Shown here: piece by piece, positions 1 through 12,236 of the stretch
How the letters are laid out: each line of letters starts with the position of its first letter
Numbering within the stretch: position 1 is the first letter of the stretch
Assembly (NCBI RefSeq): GCF_006345805.1
Contig: NC_043007.1
Location: 69,378,001-69,442,000 of the forward strand
Direction of reading: 5' to 3'
DNA length: 64,000 bases
From: Octopus sinensis
Taxonomy: Eukaryota
Position numbers and translations under genes: made by a program
Notes under the pieces: model-generated
The model's database searches: none
Told to the model about the DNA's origin: nothing
What the model saw: only the letters and a program-made list of their open reading frames with translations

Positions 1-166
1 ATACGTATAGCAACTCTGCTATCCCAAAGTTAGTCTTATTACTTTTCTTTCTGCTGACAGGACTAGAAACAGTTTAGTGATAGCCTTATGGTCGTGGAGA
101 GTAATAAAGACTTGTATGGCCATTAAGACCTATTTCTCATGACTTCAGTTCACACTACCTTCTTAT

Positions 167-394
167 TTCTTTACTACCCACAAGGGGCTAAACACAAAGG
201 AGACAAACAAGGACAGACAAACGGATTAAGTTGATTATATCGACTCCAGTGCGTAACTGGTACTTATTTAATCGACCCCGAAAGGATAAAAGGCAAAGTC
301 GACCTCGGTGGAATTTGAACTCAGAACGTAACGGCAGGCGAAATACCGCTAAGCATTTCGCCCGGCGTGCTAATGTTTCTGCCAGCTCGCCGCC
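167..394 (-). mobile_element. tRNA-derived SINE, family A (most abundant SINE in window), with 16-bp target-site duplication
   Basis: Minus strand reads ggcggcgagctggcagaaac...gagttcaaattcc (A/B-box-like) then gtcgactttgccttttatcctttcggggtcgat. Flanked by the identical 16-mer cacactaccttcttat at 151-166 and 401-416. Confidence 0.9.
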
Positions 395-429
395 TTACTC
401 CACACTACCTTCTTATACTGTGTGAACTG

Positions 430-880
430 TGTTAAGGAAAACAGGACCAACATCATTGACTCTAACTCTGATTTTCGTATTTCACTTCATGTACTGTGGC
501 ACAAGAGCATGGGAAGTTGTATATCACTGCCTTTCGGTCTTTCTTCTAGTTTTGTCCTCATCGTTAAACACTACATAGGGAAATTCATATGATTTACCTC
601 AACTGAGATATAGAGCTCCTCCAAACGTGAGGTGGATCAGCGCTACATCTAACTGCAGTTTTGTTGGTTCAAATGACGCCTCTATATCCCTGTCAAGTCA
701 AATATAGGAAAGTTTTCTTTTCCAATTCTTAATAAGATGATTAGGAAGAATAGCATTTTCCTTGGTTATGCGAGTTTGCCGTAGTGAACTTATTTTACGG
801 AAGTTTTCTATTCAATTCTCATTTGTTACTAGGGCCAAATAAAAAATCCCTCACTTGACAATATCTTCACTAAGTGAAAC
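430..880 (-). pseudogene. Highly decayed Penelope-like element fragment (RT C-terminus / GIY-YIG start)
   Basis: Minus-strand frames give KAVIYNFPCSCATVH then KIRVRVND, resembling the PLE GIY-YIG start (VIYxFxCxCxxxYIGET..RVxEH). Multiple stops and frameshifts. Confidence 0.4.
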
Positions 881-1354
881 GTCTACGTGTACGCTGTCTT
901 TATTAATCATAAAGTCAGTAGATTATATTTCATTACGTCAATAATTTTCTCTAGTGTGTGTCACATAAAAAAAAGACATTTTCAATTTCTATTGTTGCAA
1001 GTGTCTTATTCTTCAGTTGTTTTGATTTCTTTATGCTGGAATTATATCGTTTTGATGTATCATAGAGGCTATTATTTACAAAGAGAATTCAAAAGTACTT
1101 AAAACAAAACAATCCAATATCCTCCTTAATTTTGGTGAAAATAAACTCCAAAACTTGTTCAAGATATTTCATTCTGCATTATCCGAATGAAAAATGAATG
1201 TCATTCACTTAGGTAATAGTATAAAATGTTCAGATTCTCTTACCTATCAACAGGTAAGCGTTTTGAAAGATCGGCAACGAATGATGATGATGATGACGAC
1301 GACGACGACGACGACGACGAGGGTGATGATTTCTTAATAATAACTTTTTCTTCT

Positions 1355-1557
1355 ATGGGCACAAGATCTGACATTTTGTGGGAGGGCCAAGTCGATTACA
1401 TTGACCCAGTTGCTCAACTAGTATTTATTTCATCGACACGAAACGATGAAAGGCAAAGCTGATTTCGGAGGTATTTGAACTCAGAATATAAGAAGCCGGA
1501 AAAAGTAGCATAATGTATTTTCCCGACACTCCAAAGATTCTGTCAATCCATCATCCT
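1355..1557 (-). mobile_element. Degenerate SINE family A copy
   Basis: gtcgattacattgaccc...gatgaaaggcaaagctgatttcggaggtatttgaactcagaa aligns by eye to the 167-394 copy. Confidence 0.75.
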
Positions 1558-1558
1558 C

Positions 1559-1620
<62 letters not shown>

Positions 1621-1622
<2 letters not shown>

Positions 1623-1922
1623 CTAACTCAGATACCAGGAAACCCAAAAATGGCAGAAATTCAAAAGATAGTGCTCATGGGAACTGCTCATATCCTACGC
1701 AAAATACTTTCTATGTAATCTCAAGGTTTAAAACAAACATAATTTTCGGTTTTTAAAAGAAAAAAAAATTTTTTTTTTAGACATTCATTAGTACAACCCC
1801 CTCCCAAATATATGGCACACTAGGCATAACAACAACATGAACTTCCAACCTGTTGTCTCTTGAGGTCTCTGGGTGAGACTTGGAGCCAACTAGTACAAAA
1901 TATAAAGCAGAAGTCAAACATA

Positions 1923-1923
<1 letters not shown>
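1621..1923 (+). mobile_element. 5'-truncated R4/Dong-clade non-LTR retrotransposon inserted in (TAA)n
   Basis: 1623-1718 translates LTQIPGNPKMAEIQKIVLMGTAHILRKILSM*, the QKxVLxGTAxILR C-terminal motif of R4/Dong RLE elements. A ~200-bp 3'UTR follows, with (AAT)n on both sides (1559-1620, 1924-1992). Confidence 0.8.
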
Positions 1924-1957
<34 letters not shown>

Positions 1958-1992
1958 TAATAATATAATAATAATAATAATAATAATAATAA

Positions 1993-2421
1993 ATGCTTTG
2001 GTGCAATGCCTGGTAGTGGCTCTCATGGCTTCTGATCTTAACTGATTGGAAGTGTTATCATGTACATTGTTTTGTCTTGGTATAAAAGATGGGCTACTGC
2101 AAATATTCTGCTCACTACTACAGACTTGCTTGTCACTTGTTTGACTTTAAACAGTTGAGCATGTCCCTTAGTGGCTGACGATATGTGCATCTCTGATCAC
2201 GAGCAGAAATAGTGGGATGGCTTTATAATCATGTGTTGAGAGGAATTCTTAGAGGTTTGGATAATTCACCTTTGGTAACATTGGGTGTTTCGTTCAGTAT
2301 CCTTAAACAACCCTATTCAGGGACCTTTTGAGAAAGATGAGCTACTCGACCTGAAGAAAATTCTAACTGGTCCCCACCTGCAAGGTCATGTGCAGTAATC
2401 TTGATGTCGTGCGCAAGATAA
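1993..2421 (+). mobile_element. Interspersed repeat (probable LINE 3'-end-derived element), 5' part
   Basis: 2085-2270 has a diverged reverse-complement copy at ~52955-53125. The probable 3' part lies at 3256-3372, ending in (AAT)n. Confidence 0.55.
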
Positions 2422-2534
2422 ACACACATCTCTAAAGGTATAAACTACTGAAATATTTCGCGAATCTTTGGCATTCCGTCAGTTGTTTACCAGTTCCTGT
2501 CCAGAATTCCCACTATTCGTTAATGATAATAATG

Positions 2535-2581
<47 letters not shown>

Positions 2582-2676
2582 TAATAATAATGTTTTCAAA
2601 TTTTTCCACAAGGACTGCAATTTCGGAGGAGAGGATGAGTCGATTAACATTGAAACCAGTGTTCAATTCAGTGTTC

Positions 2677-2725
<49 letters not shown>

Positions 2726-3122
2726 TTTTCAAATTTTTCCACAAGGACTGCAATTTCGGAGGAGAGGATGAGTCGATTAACATTGAAACCAGTGTTCAAT
2801 TTTATCGACCCTCGAAAGGATGAAAGGCAATGTCGACGACGGCGGAATTTGAACTCAGAACGTAGCGACAGGCGAAATACCTATTTTTTTACTACCCACA
2901 AGGGGCTAAACACAGAGAGGACAAACAAGGACAGACAAACAGATTAAGTCGATTACATCGACCCCAGTGCGTAACTGGCACTTAATTTATCGACCCCGAA
3001 AGGATGAAAGGCAAAGTCGACCTTAGCGGAATTTGAACTCAGAACGTAACGGCAGACGAAATACCACTAAGGATTTCGCCCAGCGTGCTAACGATTCTGC
3101 CTGTTCGCCGCCTTGATATATA

Positions 3123-3189
<67 letters not shown>

Positions 3190-3258
3190 CCTTTCTACTG
3201 GAGGCACAAGGCCTCAGATTTGTGGAGTGGGGTCTAGTGAATTACATTGACTCCAGTG
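2422..3258. repeat. Local duplication, copy 1 of 5710-6324
   Basis: acacacatctctaaagg...ctattcgttaatgataata, a SINE dimer and ataatcctttctactggaggcacaagg...ccagtg occur in the same order at 5710-6324. Confidence 0.9.
2723..3113 (-). mobile_element. Head-to-tail SINE family A dimer
   Basis: Two successive SINE A bodies joined at gcgaaatac|ctattttttttactacccacaagg (~2880). Confidence 0.85.
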
Positions 3259-3652
3259 CCTGATGTACCCTTATAAGACGGTACCCTTATAAGACGGTAC
3301 TCATGATGGGTATGTTGGGCTTCGTATATTTGTACCCCAGTGTCACTGTGATGGCATGCATTGCTCTCTCAATAATAATAATAATAATAAATATAATAAT
3401 AATAATAATAGTAATAATAATCTGATAGTATTTTTGGTGGGGCGGGAATAGAACTTTGATGCAGCCGTACCAAATGACATGAATGTTGTGAGTAAAGAAA
3501 TAGAAAAAATCAAGCACTTCGAATTGAAAGTAGAAATGGCATGACTGTATGGAATGCGAGAGGGTAATGTAAAAGTGGTGATCGGAGCGTTAGAACATGA
3601 TTGAGCTAAAGCACTAGCTTAGTTACTACATGTAACCTTTGCAGACCTCGAG

Positions 3653-4980
3653 AAGACACCAGCCTAGTTGCCACAGTAACATTCCCTAGGGATTTCGTCA
3701 AGACACCAGCCTAATTACAGCAGGTAACATTCCCAGGAAATTTCGTTAAAACACCAGTCTAGTTACCACTGGCAACATTCCCACGTGATTTCATTAAGAC
3801 ACCAGCATAGCTACAACAGGTAACATTCCCATATGAGGATCTAGTGAAGACACCAGCCTGGCTGTCACAGGTAAAATTCCCAGGTGATCTCGTTAGGACA
3901 CCAGTCTACTTACCACAGGCAAATTTCCCAAATCATTTGGTTAAGACACCAACCGAGCTACGACAGGTAACGTTCTCGTATGACGATCTAGTGAAGACAC
4001 CAGCCTGGTATCACGCGTAAAATTCCCAGGTGATTTAGTTAAGGCATCACCCCAGCTATCAAAGTTTGTATTCTCTGATGACTTAGTTAAAAACCAGCCT
4101 AGCTACCACATGTCGTAACATACCGTAAATCCTCGAGTATAATCCGCATTTTTTCCCCAAAATTTAAATGTCAAAATCCCTAGTGCGTACTATATACGAG
4201 GTGAAAAATGAAAAATATTTTCTAAGCAATGTCCGAGTCTTTATTTGCTGTCCGGCAATGCTTATTCAGACGCATTTTGTGATGCCGGGCACGAAAATAT
4301 CTTAAGCTAAGCCTGAAAGCAATGAAGTGATAAAGGGATCATCCATAACTTGCAGTAAGCAACATTTATTAAAATAAAAGTATTCAGAACACAGAATAAC
4401 ATATAACAAACACAATTTGCAAACATTTACATTCCCATATAACAGTTAAGAACACCACCATTATTGCATTACGTATGCGCGGAAGTGTTTGTTCGACTAG
4501 GTGCTGCTGGCTTAATTACGCACGACTCAAGTTAGAGAAGAGGTGCGTATTATACACAAGGTTTAGGTTTTTCAGAAGTACAGCCCCCTAAAAATCCCCT
4601 GCGTATTATACTCAAGGGCGGACTATACTCGAAGATTTACGGTACGTAGATCTGATTAAGACACCAGCCTAGCTATCACAAGTAACATTCCAAGGTGATC
4701 TAGTTAAAATACTGGCCTAACATTCCTATATGAGGATCTAGTGAAGACACCAGTCTGGTTATCACAGGTAAGATTCCCAGGTGATTTAGTCAAGACATCA
4801 TCCTAGCTATCAAAGTTTGTTTTCTCTGAAAACGACTTACTTAAGAACCAGCCCAGCTGTCAGAGGTAGTAAAATGCATAGATCTGGTTAAGACCAGCCT
4901 AGCTATCGCAGGTAACATTCTTATGTGATCTTGTGAAGACACAAACCGAATTATCACAGGTAACATTCTTAGTTGATCTG
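3653..4980. repeat. 48/51-bp minisatellite (aagacaccagcctagctaccacaggtaacattcccaggtgatctagtt-like), interrupted by a MITE
   Basis: Unit starts at 3653, 3700, 3748, 3796, 3847, 3895, 3943, 3994, 4041 and 4089; array resumes at 4658 and runs to ~4980. Confidence 0.9.
4123..4642. mobile_element. Tc1/mariner-superfamily (Tc2/pogo-like, CCGTA-ended) MITE, 520 bp
   Basis: TIRs ccgtaaatcctcgagtataatccgc and gcggactatactcgaagatttacgg; TA duplication at 4121-4122 and 4643-4644; subterminal gtgcgta(c/t)tata repeats. Confidence 0.9.
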
Positions 4981-5709
4981 GTACCTATTCCTGACAAACA
5001 GGTGAAATAAATAAGGTAGTGATATAGTTGTTTTCGTTCTTCAAAATAAACAAAATGGAAAAAAGCAAACAAACAAACAAACAAACAAACAAACAAAAAT
5101 CAACCCCACCAACACATGCATGTACGCACGCACGCACGCACACACACCGAAGCGCTGGCAGCGAATTTTTAACCGATGCATCATCAACAGCAGGTAGCCC
5201 AATATCTTATCCGCCTGGCATGCCATTTGAAAGAAAATCCTTAATTAATCGGACCTATACGCGACCTCACACTGCTTCTACTAACTCAAAGATAAAATGC
5301 CAGACGTGATTAATGCATATTTTCTCGTCAACTTCCATACAATTCTTACTGGATGCTGTTATTGTTGTAGTTGTTTTTATTTTTACTATTATTATTATTA
5401 CTACAACTATTGTTGCTGTTGTTGTTATTGTTATTGTCGTTGTTGTTACTATGTATAGTTTACTTATTTATTTATTCATTTTACTTATTTTCTCTCTTGT
5501 GTTAGTTTTATCTTTATTTCACTGACATTATCTTACATTTCAATCAAGAAACTTACTGATAATGTTATATTCCCAGACCTCCCATCTGCCAACCTCGCCT
5601 CACCGTATGTTTCATATACTCACACATGTGTTACTTACTTGCACTACTACTATAACTACTACTGTGGTGATGGTGGGATTGGTGGAGGAGGTGATGGAGG
5701 CGGTGGGTG

Positions 5710-6324
5710 ACACACATCTCTAAAGGTATATACTACTGAAATATTTCGCGAATCTTTGGCATTCCGTCAGTTGTTTACCAGTTCCTGTCCAGAATTCCCA
5801 CTATTCGTTAATGATAATAATGATAATAGTAATAATAATAATAATATAATATAATAATAATAATAATAATTTTCAAATTTTTTCACAATTTCGGAGGATG
5901 ATGAAGTCGATTCATTGAAACCAGTGTTCAAAACCAGAAGGATGAAAGGCAATGTCGACGTCGGCGGAATTTGAACTCAGAACGTAGCGAAGCGAAATAC
6001 CTATTTTTTTACTACCCACAAGGGGCTAAACACAGAGAGGACAAACAAGGACAGACAAATGGATTAAGTCGATTACATCGACCCCAGTGCGTAACTGGCA
6101 CTTAATTTATCGACCCCGAAAGGATGAAAGGCAAAGTCGACCTCAGCGGAATTTGAACTCAGAACGTAACGGCAGACGAAATACCACTAAGGATTTCGCC
6201 CAGCGTGCTAACGATTCTGCCAGTTCGCCGCCTTGATAATGATAATAATAATAATCCTTTCTACTGGAGGCACAAGGCCTCAGATTTGTGGAGTGGGGTC
6301 TAGTGAATTATATTGACCCCAGTG
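5710..6324. repeat. Local duplication, copy 2 of 2422-3258
   Basis: Same ordered blocks as 2422-3258. Here the last SINE continues intact to ~6468. Confidence 0.9.
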
Positions 6325-6489
6325 TTTCACTAGTACTTAGTTTGCCTATCCCGAAGGATGAAGGGCATAGTCAATCTCGGCAGAATTTGAACTCAGAATG
6401 TGAAGACGGACGAAATGCCGCGAAGCATTTTGCCTGGCGTGTTAAGGATTCTGTTAGCTCACCGCTTTAATAATAATAATAATAATAAC

Positions 6490-6529
<40 letters not shown>

Positions 6530-7025
6530 TAATAATAATAAAATAACAATAATAATAATAATCAATAATAATAATAATAATAATCATAATAATAATGATT
6601 TCAACACTTTAGCACAAAGCCAGTGATCTTGGGGGAGGGGATCGCATAAATCGATTACATCGACCAAAGAACTTGGCTGGTCTTGTATTTTATCTAAAGT
6701 ATGAAAAGCGAAGTTGACCACAGCGGGAATTGAAAACAGAACGTAAAGATCCGAAAGGAGTAACGCTAAGCATTTTCCAAGGCTTTGATCATTTTCCCCG
6801 CTCGACGCCCTAATAATAAAAATAACGGCTGAAAATTTTGACACAAGGCCAACAATTTCGGGGGTAGGGGATAAATCGATGACATCGATCCCAGTGTTCA
6901 AATGGAACTTATTTTATCGAACCCGAAAGGATGAAAGGCAAAGCCGACCTTGGCGACATTTGAACTCAGAACGTAAAGTCAGACAAAATGCCGCTAAGCA
7001 TTTTACCCGGCCTGCGAACGATTTC
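5872..7025 (-). mobile_element. Cluster of about five SINE family A copies separated by (AAT)n
   Basis: Repeated gatgaaaggcaaagtcgacct...gaatttgaactcagaacgt motifs at ~5940, ~6125, ~6360, ~6710 and ~6930. Confidence 0.8.
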
Positions 7026-7053
7026 AATGATAATAGTGTTATTGTTATTATTA

Positions 7054-7175
<122 letters not shown>

Positions 7176-7189
7176 ATTGTTATTATTAT

Positions 7190-7423
7190 ACACACAACAG
7201 ATTTGACTGTTAGAAAAGAATTCCTAACATCGGGCTACAACAAGTAACTTTGGATGTCAAGAACCCTCCTAAATATCCTAGCTGTCCCTAATAACACTGT
7301 TCTCTCGAGCTACACTAGACTGGGCTTTCATATCATTTATCAATATGTTCAAATCCTAGCTTTCTACATAACTCCCAGTGGATTACTCTCCATAGGTTGA
7401 CATGTCTTTTCTTGTATTCTTTT
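7190..7423 (-). mobile_element. R4/Dong-clade retrotransposon 3' fragment with internal deletion, tail running into (TAA)n
   Basis: Minus strand gives KEYKKRHVNLWRVIHWELCRKLGFEHIDK*YE fused to LERTVLLGTARIFRRVLDIQSYLL*, then a short UTR and (TAA)n at 7031-7189. Confidence 0.8.
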
Positions 7424-7444
7424 GTATGTGTGTCTGTATGTGTT

Positions 7445-7628
7445 AGGAGAAATTACAAATAAGAGAACAAAAGATGTTGGAGCAAAAGAACCACGGTGGA
7501 AACAACGCATTGACAGGGACATAATGCGGGCAAAGCAAGATCTAGGTAAAATTGAGCAATGGTTAAGAGGAAACTGGAAAAATGGGAAAAAGACCGGCCG
7601 AGAAAAATTAGAGAAGAAATATAAAACA
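7445..7628 (+). pseudogene. R4/Dong N-terminal ORF fragment in opposite orientation to 7190-7423
   Basis: KEPRWKQRIDRDIMRAKQDLGKIEQWLRGNWKNGKKTGREKLEKKYK resembles the PxWKxRLxxxIxxxRxDL...L..KY region upstream of R4/Dong RT. Confidence 0.65.
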
Positions 7629-8038
7629 AGTAACTCTTCATTCTTTATTTCCACTTATGTCTTTCTTTAATCATTATATATTATCATATATTTTTCGCTA
7701 TTAATCTCACAAATACATGCAATTTTAAAACCTGATACGTTCATTGTATAACGTCTCCCACACGGTCCATTCGGTAATCTTCAATGTTATAACGAACCAA
7801 ATTACTCTCATTTAACAGTGACAAAAAAACATTGAAAGAACCAGCCAGAGATTTCATTAGCTTCGTGCGCTCAGGACAACGGACCCATTTCAAGAAGAAA
7901 CTTCCTGTGGGCAATGAAAAGTGGAATGGCTATTGGGAGGTGGCTGCAGATTTACCACGGTGCCAAGGATATAATTATAAAGTGTGAAAGAAAGTGGTAA
8001 ATCTAGTCAAGTTAACGGTTCCTCATGAACAAGTCAAC

Positions 8039-8374
8039 CCCAAGACTTATTCTTTGTAAGCCTAGTACTTATTCTATCTGAATCTTTTGCCGAACCATTA
8101 AGTTACGGGGACGTAAACACACCAACATCGATTGTCAGGCGATTCTTGTTGACTCTATTTTTTAATTATATATATATATATACGACGGGCTACTTTCAGT
8201 TCCCGTCTACCAAATTCACTCATGCCGAAGGTGCCACGAAGTGGGACTGAACTCGAAACTATGTGGCTGGCAAGCAGGCTTCACTACCGTACAACCACTC
8301 CTGCGCCTATATAGCCACTCCTGCGCCTATATGGCCACTCTTACGCCTATATGGCCACTCTTACGCCTATATAT
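8039..8374 (-). mobile_element. SINE family B (CORE-like, OR-type) partial copy with 4x20-bp amplification of its 5' end
   Basis: gacttattctttgtaagcctagtactt and ccgtctaccaaattcactca match 51161-51577; ccactc(c/t)t(g/a)cgcctatat.. repeated at 8295, 8315, 8335 and 8355. Confidence 0.8.
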
Positions 8375-8700
8375 ATATGTGTGCGTGCGTGTGTGTGTGT
8401 GTGGTGTGTTTGTGTGTGTGTGTGTTGTGTGTGTGTGAAGTAAAAGCCACTCTAGTGTAATAAATACTATTAAATACACAAAGCATATACGTTACTATAT
8501 GTATTTAATATGTTTGTATATATATACATCTATCTATCTATCTGTCTGTCTATCTGTCTCACTGTCTGTCTGTCTGTATACTAATCTATTTGTATATGTA
8601 TTTATAGTTTTACTCTCCTTCATAACATATGTTTATAAGTCGGTATACTTTATCACTCTATACTCACTCCCTTAATCACCTACTCTCTCTTTTTCCCTCT

Positions 8701-8733
<33 letters not shown>

Positions 8734-8902
8734 CTCCCCGTTCTGCTTCCTTATTCTTTCGGTGTAAGGGACATAAAATTATTGTGTGCCTTCGATCATA
8801 CTAGCACTACAACGTGCATACGCGCATAATACTCGTGCATAATATCCATATATACATATATATACATACACATATGTGTGTGTATGTGTGTGTGCGTGTG
8901 TA

Positions 8903-8984
<82 letters not shown>

Positions 8985-9360
8985 TCCACTGAACGTATGA
9001 TCCACTGAACTACGCTATCGGTAACCGAGTGTTAGGCGTGCTGTGAAAGACATGGATATAACAAAACCACACCACGAAGGGAAAACCGAGTGAATATATC
9101 AAAACAAATAGCAACAATGTATATCAGTAGAGTGTGTGATGAGGCGTAGGTGATTTGAACGTGTAACATGATATAAATGGGAGAGCAGAAACTGAATAAT
9201 GGTGGATATAAGCGTTTACGGAAATAGGAATTTCTTGCTTAAAAGATATTGCGTGCGGCTCTGTTAAACCTTGCACCAAAGTGACTTACCACTTTTGTTG
9301 TTGAATTTGGTACAACTAAGTATATTAATGTACGGGTATACTAGCTATCATTATTTACCA

Positions 9361-9401
9361 CATTTGTATCACACAAGCATCGTTACACACACACATCACA
9401 C

Positions 9402-9447
<46 letters not shown>

Positions 9448-9915
9448 AATATATATATATATATATTTTTTTTAATATATTATAGAAAATAGTAAAAAGT
9501 GAAAAAACTACAGAAGGCTTGTTTTAAAAGGTTAAAAAATATATATTTGAGTCATTATGTCTGAAGAATTTTATAAATTTTTTTCATACAATGACATTGT
9601 AATGAAAAAAATTTATAACATTTTAGACATAATGACTCAAATATATATTTTTTAACTTTTAAAACACCTTGTAGTTTTCATTTTTACTATTTTCTATATA
9701 TTATAAAAAAAAAATGATATATATATTTATGTGCGTGATGTGTGTGTGTGTCATGCTTGTGTGATACAAATGACATTGTATGAAAAAATTATAACATTCT
9801 TCAACATAATGACTCAAATATATTTTTTTAACCTTTTAAAACAACCTTCTGTAGTTTTTTCACTTTTTACTATTTTCTAATATTCAACCACGTGCTTCAC
9901 ACACCAACTTTCTCA

Positions 9916-9925
<10 letters not shown>
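9361..9925. mobile_element. Penelope-type terminal repeat remnant arranged as a palindrome plus a third copy
   Basis: 9800-9920 resembles the PLE 3' end at 43380-43490. Hairpin centre acaatg-a-cattgt at 9594, with arms 9361-9593 and 9595-9772. Confidence 0.75.
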
Positions 9926-9958
<33 letters not shown>

Positions 9959-10514
9959 ATATATTATATATATATATAATATATATATAAAAATACAAAA
10001 TGGGACAAGAACGCAAAACATCCGGACAGTTAGGTGATACAAAAAGGGTGATTCTGGGCTCTGTATTTTTTTTATACCTCTCATGGTTACCGAGATAATC
10101 TACTATAATAATACTCTTGTGTTTATGAATGAGAAAGGAAGGGGTGATGTCATACTTGGTAGTGTACGCTGAAAAATAAATCAAACAGCGTTTCAACTCT
10201 GTGTAAATATGTGTGTGTATGTAAAAGGGGGGTATGTGAATGCGTGTGTGTGTGTTTGTGTGTGTGTGCGTGTGCGCGCGCAATGGAAGTGGGATGGTTC
10301 ATCTTTGTTCAATTAGTATTTGGGTTTATTTTTTGATTTGGTTGAATCTTGGTTGTTGTTTTTTTTTGTTGGTCAGTTATTTTTAGCGTTTTGACAGAAA
10401 AAAGTAATTTTTAAAATGTTTTTTTTTAAACGTAAGCATGCCCAAACAAGTCGAATGCTTACACAGAGCAGGTTTTACAGCCACATCATCCAAACTGACC
10501 AAGTGAAACCAGGC

Positions 10515-10827
<313 letters not shown>

Positions 10828-11091
10828 GAAATACTTGAAGTAAATGAATTCAAGGAGTAAGAAAGAAACGAGATTGAAAAAACTGAAGGAAGAAAAAAAA
10901 GGGGAGAGAGGAAGGCAGTGTCGACGATAGGAGATTAAGCGTAAACCAGATTTGAATGAAATCCTGTGACAAATCGAAGCAAGATTTATTTGACTGGTTT
11001 CCATATTAAATGGTTTGGAATGATAGGGATTGTCTAAGAGAAGCAAAACCCAACGAATTATTTTCATTTGACAAACTAATTACTGGAATAT

Positions 11092-11349
11092 GGAGGCGCA
11101 ATGGCCCAGTGGTTAGGGCAGCGGACTCGCGGTCATAGGATCGCGGTTTCGATTCCCAGACCGGGCGTTGTGAGTGTTTATTGAGCGAAAACACCTAAAG
11201 CTCCGCGAGGCTCCGGCAGGGGATGGTGGTGATCCCTGCTGTACTCTTTCACCACAACTTTCTCTCACTCTTACTTCCTGTTTCTGTTGTACCTGTATTT
11301 CAACCGGATCAACCGGAACCCTCGTCGTCGTAACCGACGGAGTGCTTCC
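11092..11349 (+). mobile_element. tRNA-derived SINE, family C, with 10-bp TSD
   Basis: A box tggcccagtgg and B box ggtttcgattccc; TSD actggaatat at 11082-11091 and 11350-11359; tail ctcgtcgtcgtaaccgacggagtgc is shared with ~21085-21115. Confidence 0.85.
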
Positions 11350-11827
11350 ACTGGAATATATATTTTTTTAATTTCATCAGCAGATCTTTGGGTATTATTT
11401 TTCTTATTAAAAATCGTTTTTTTTTTCTTTTAGTAGTTTCTATTTTTGTTGCTCTTTAGCGCCAGATTATCCCTGTTCCGAGACATCTAAGATCAAAATT
11501 ATTCCAGCCGTGCCCACACCGTATTTATATTACTAGGATGTGATACAAAGGAGATCCGGAAGCTATTTGAATGCAATGTAGATTCCTGAAAACTGCTAAA
11601 ACTGGCACTGCGTACACAACCCTAATGGTCACGGTTAGCAGGGGTATAGGTATAGTAGCAACTCATTAATTAATCTGCTTTTGATGTTCGTAAATTGGTA
11701 TGCTAATGTGCTAACAATATCTCACTCAAAAAGACAGGGTACATGCATACACATATACATGCATGCATGCATAACATTCATACATACATGCAAAAACTGC
11801 GCACACACACACACATACACACACACC

Positions 11828-11862
<35 letters not shown>

Positions 11863-11876
11863 TATACACACATACA

Positions 11877-12075
11877 ATTGCAGCGTGGAAGGTGTTTATA
11901 AGCCATTTAAAAACACACAAAAACATTTAGATTCACTTCAACATTTAAATTTAATTTGCCAAAATATTTTCGTCGCTTTGAAAGCGCAGCCAGTTCACTG
12001 ACAAAATTGCTCGTGGGAATTTTGTCAGTAAGCAGGTCGTTTCAAGTGGCATATGAACACCTTCCACGTTGCAAT
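11877..12075 (-). mobile_element. Penelope-like terminal repeat with internal inversion
   Basis: 11877-12008 is nearly identical to 62233-62366; 12018-12075 is an inverted partial copy. Confidence 0.7.
11955..12005 (-). ncRNA. Hammerhead ribozyme-like motif (G3:C8 core variant, partly decayed)
   Basis: Minus strand: uuuguca-GUGAACU-g-...gcgac-GAAA-auauu-U-uggcaaa. Stem I is 7 bp, stem III is the palindrome AAUAUU; A9 and stem II are damaged. Confidence 0.55.
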
Positions 12076-12137
12076 TATTTTCGTTTCTTTTCTGCATACG
12101 ATCTCAGATCAAGTCACTTGCTATGCAAGTAAACATC

Positions 12138-12202
<65 letters not shown>

Positions 12203-12205
12203 TAT

Positions 12206-12236
<31 letters not shown>

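Noticed and set aside
3653-4980. CRISPR-like regularly spaced repeats
   Set aside because: The units are contiguous degenerate tandem repeats with no unique spacers, in a eukaryotic context with no cas genes.
11092-11175. tRNA gene-like sequence (also at 47503-47575 and 51161-51240)
   Set aside because: A and B boxes are present, but each continues into a SINE body, no full cloverleaf is evident, and the 11092 copy has a TSD. These are SINE heads, not tRNA genes.
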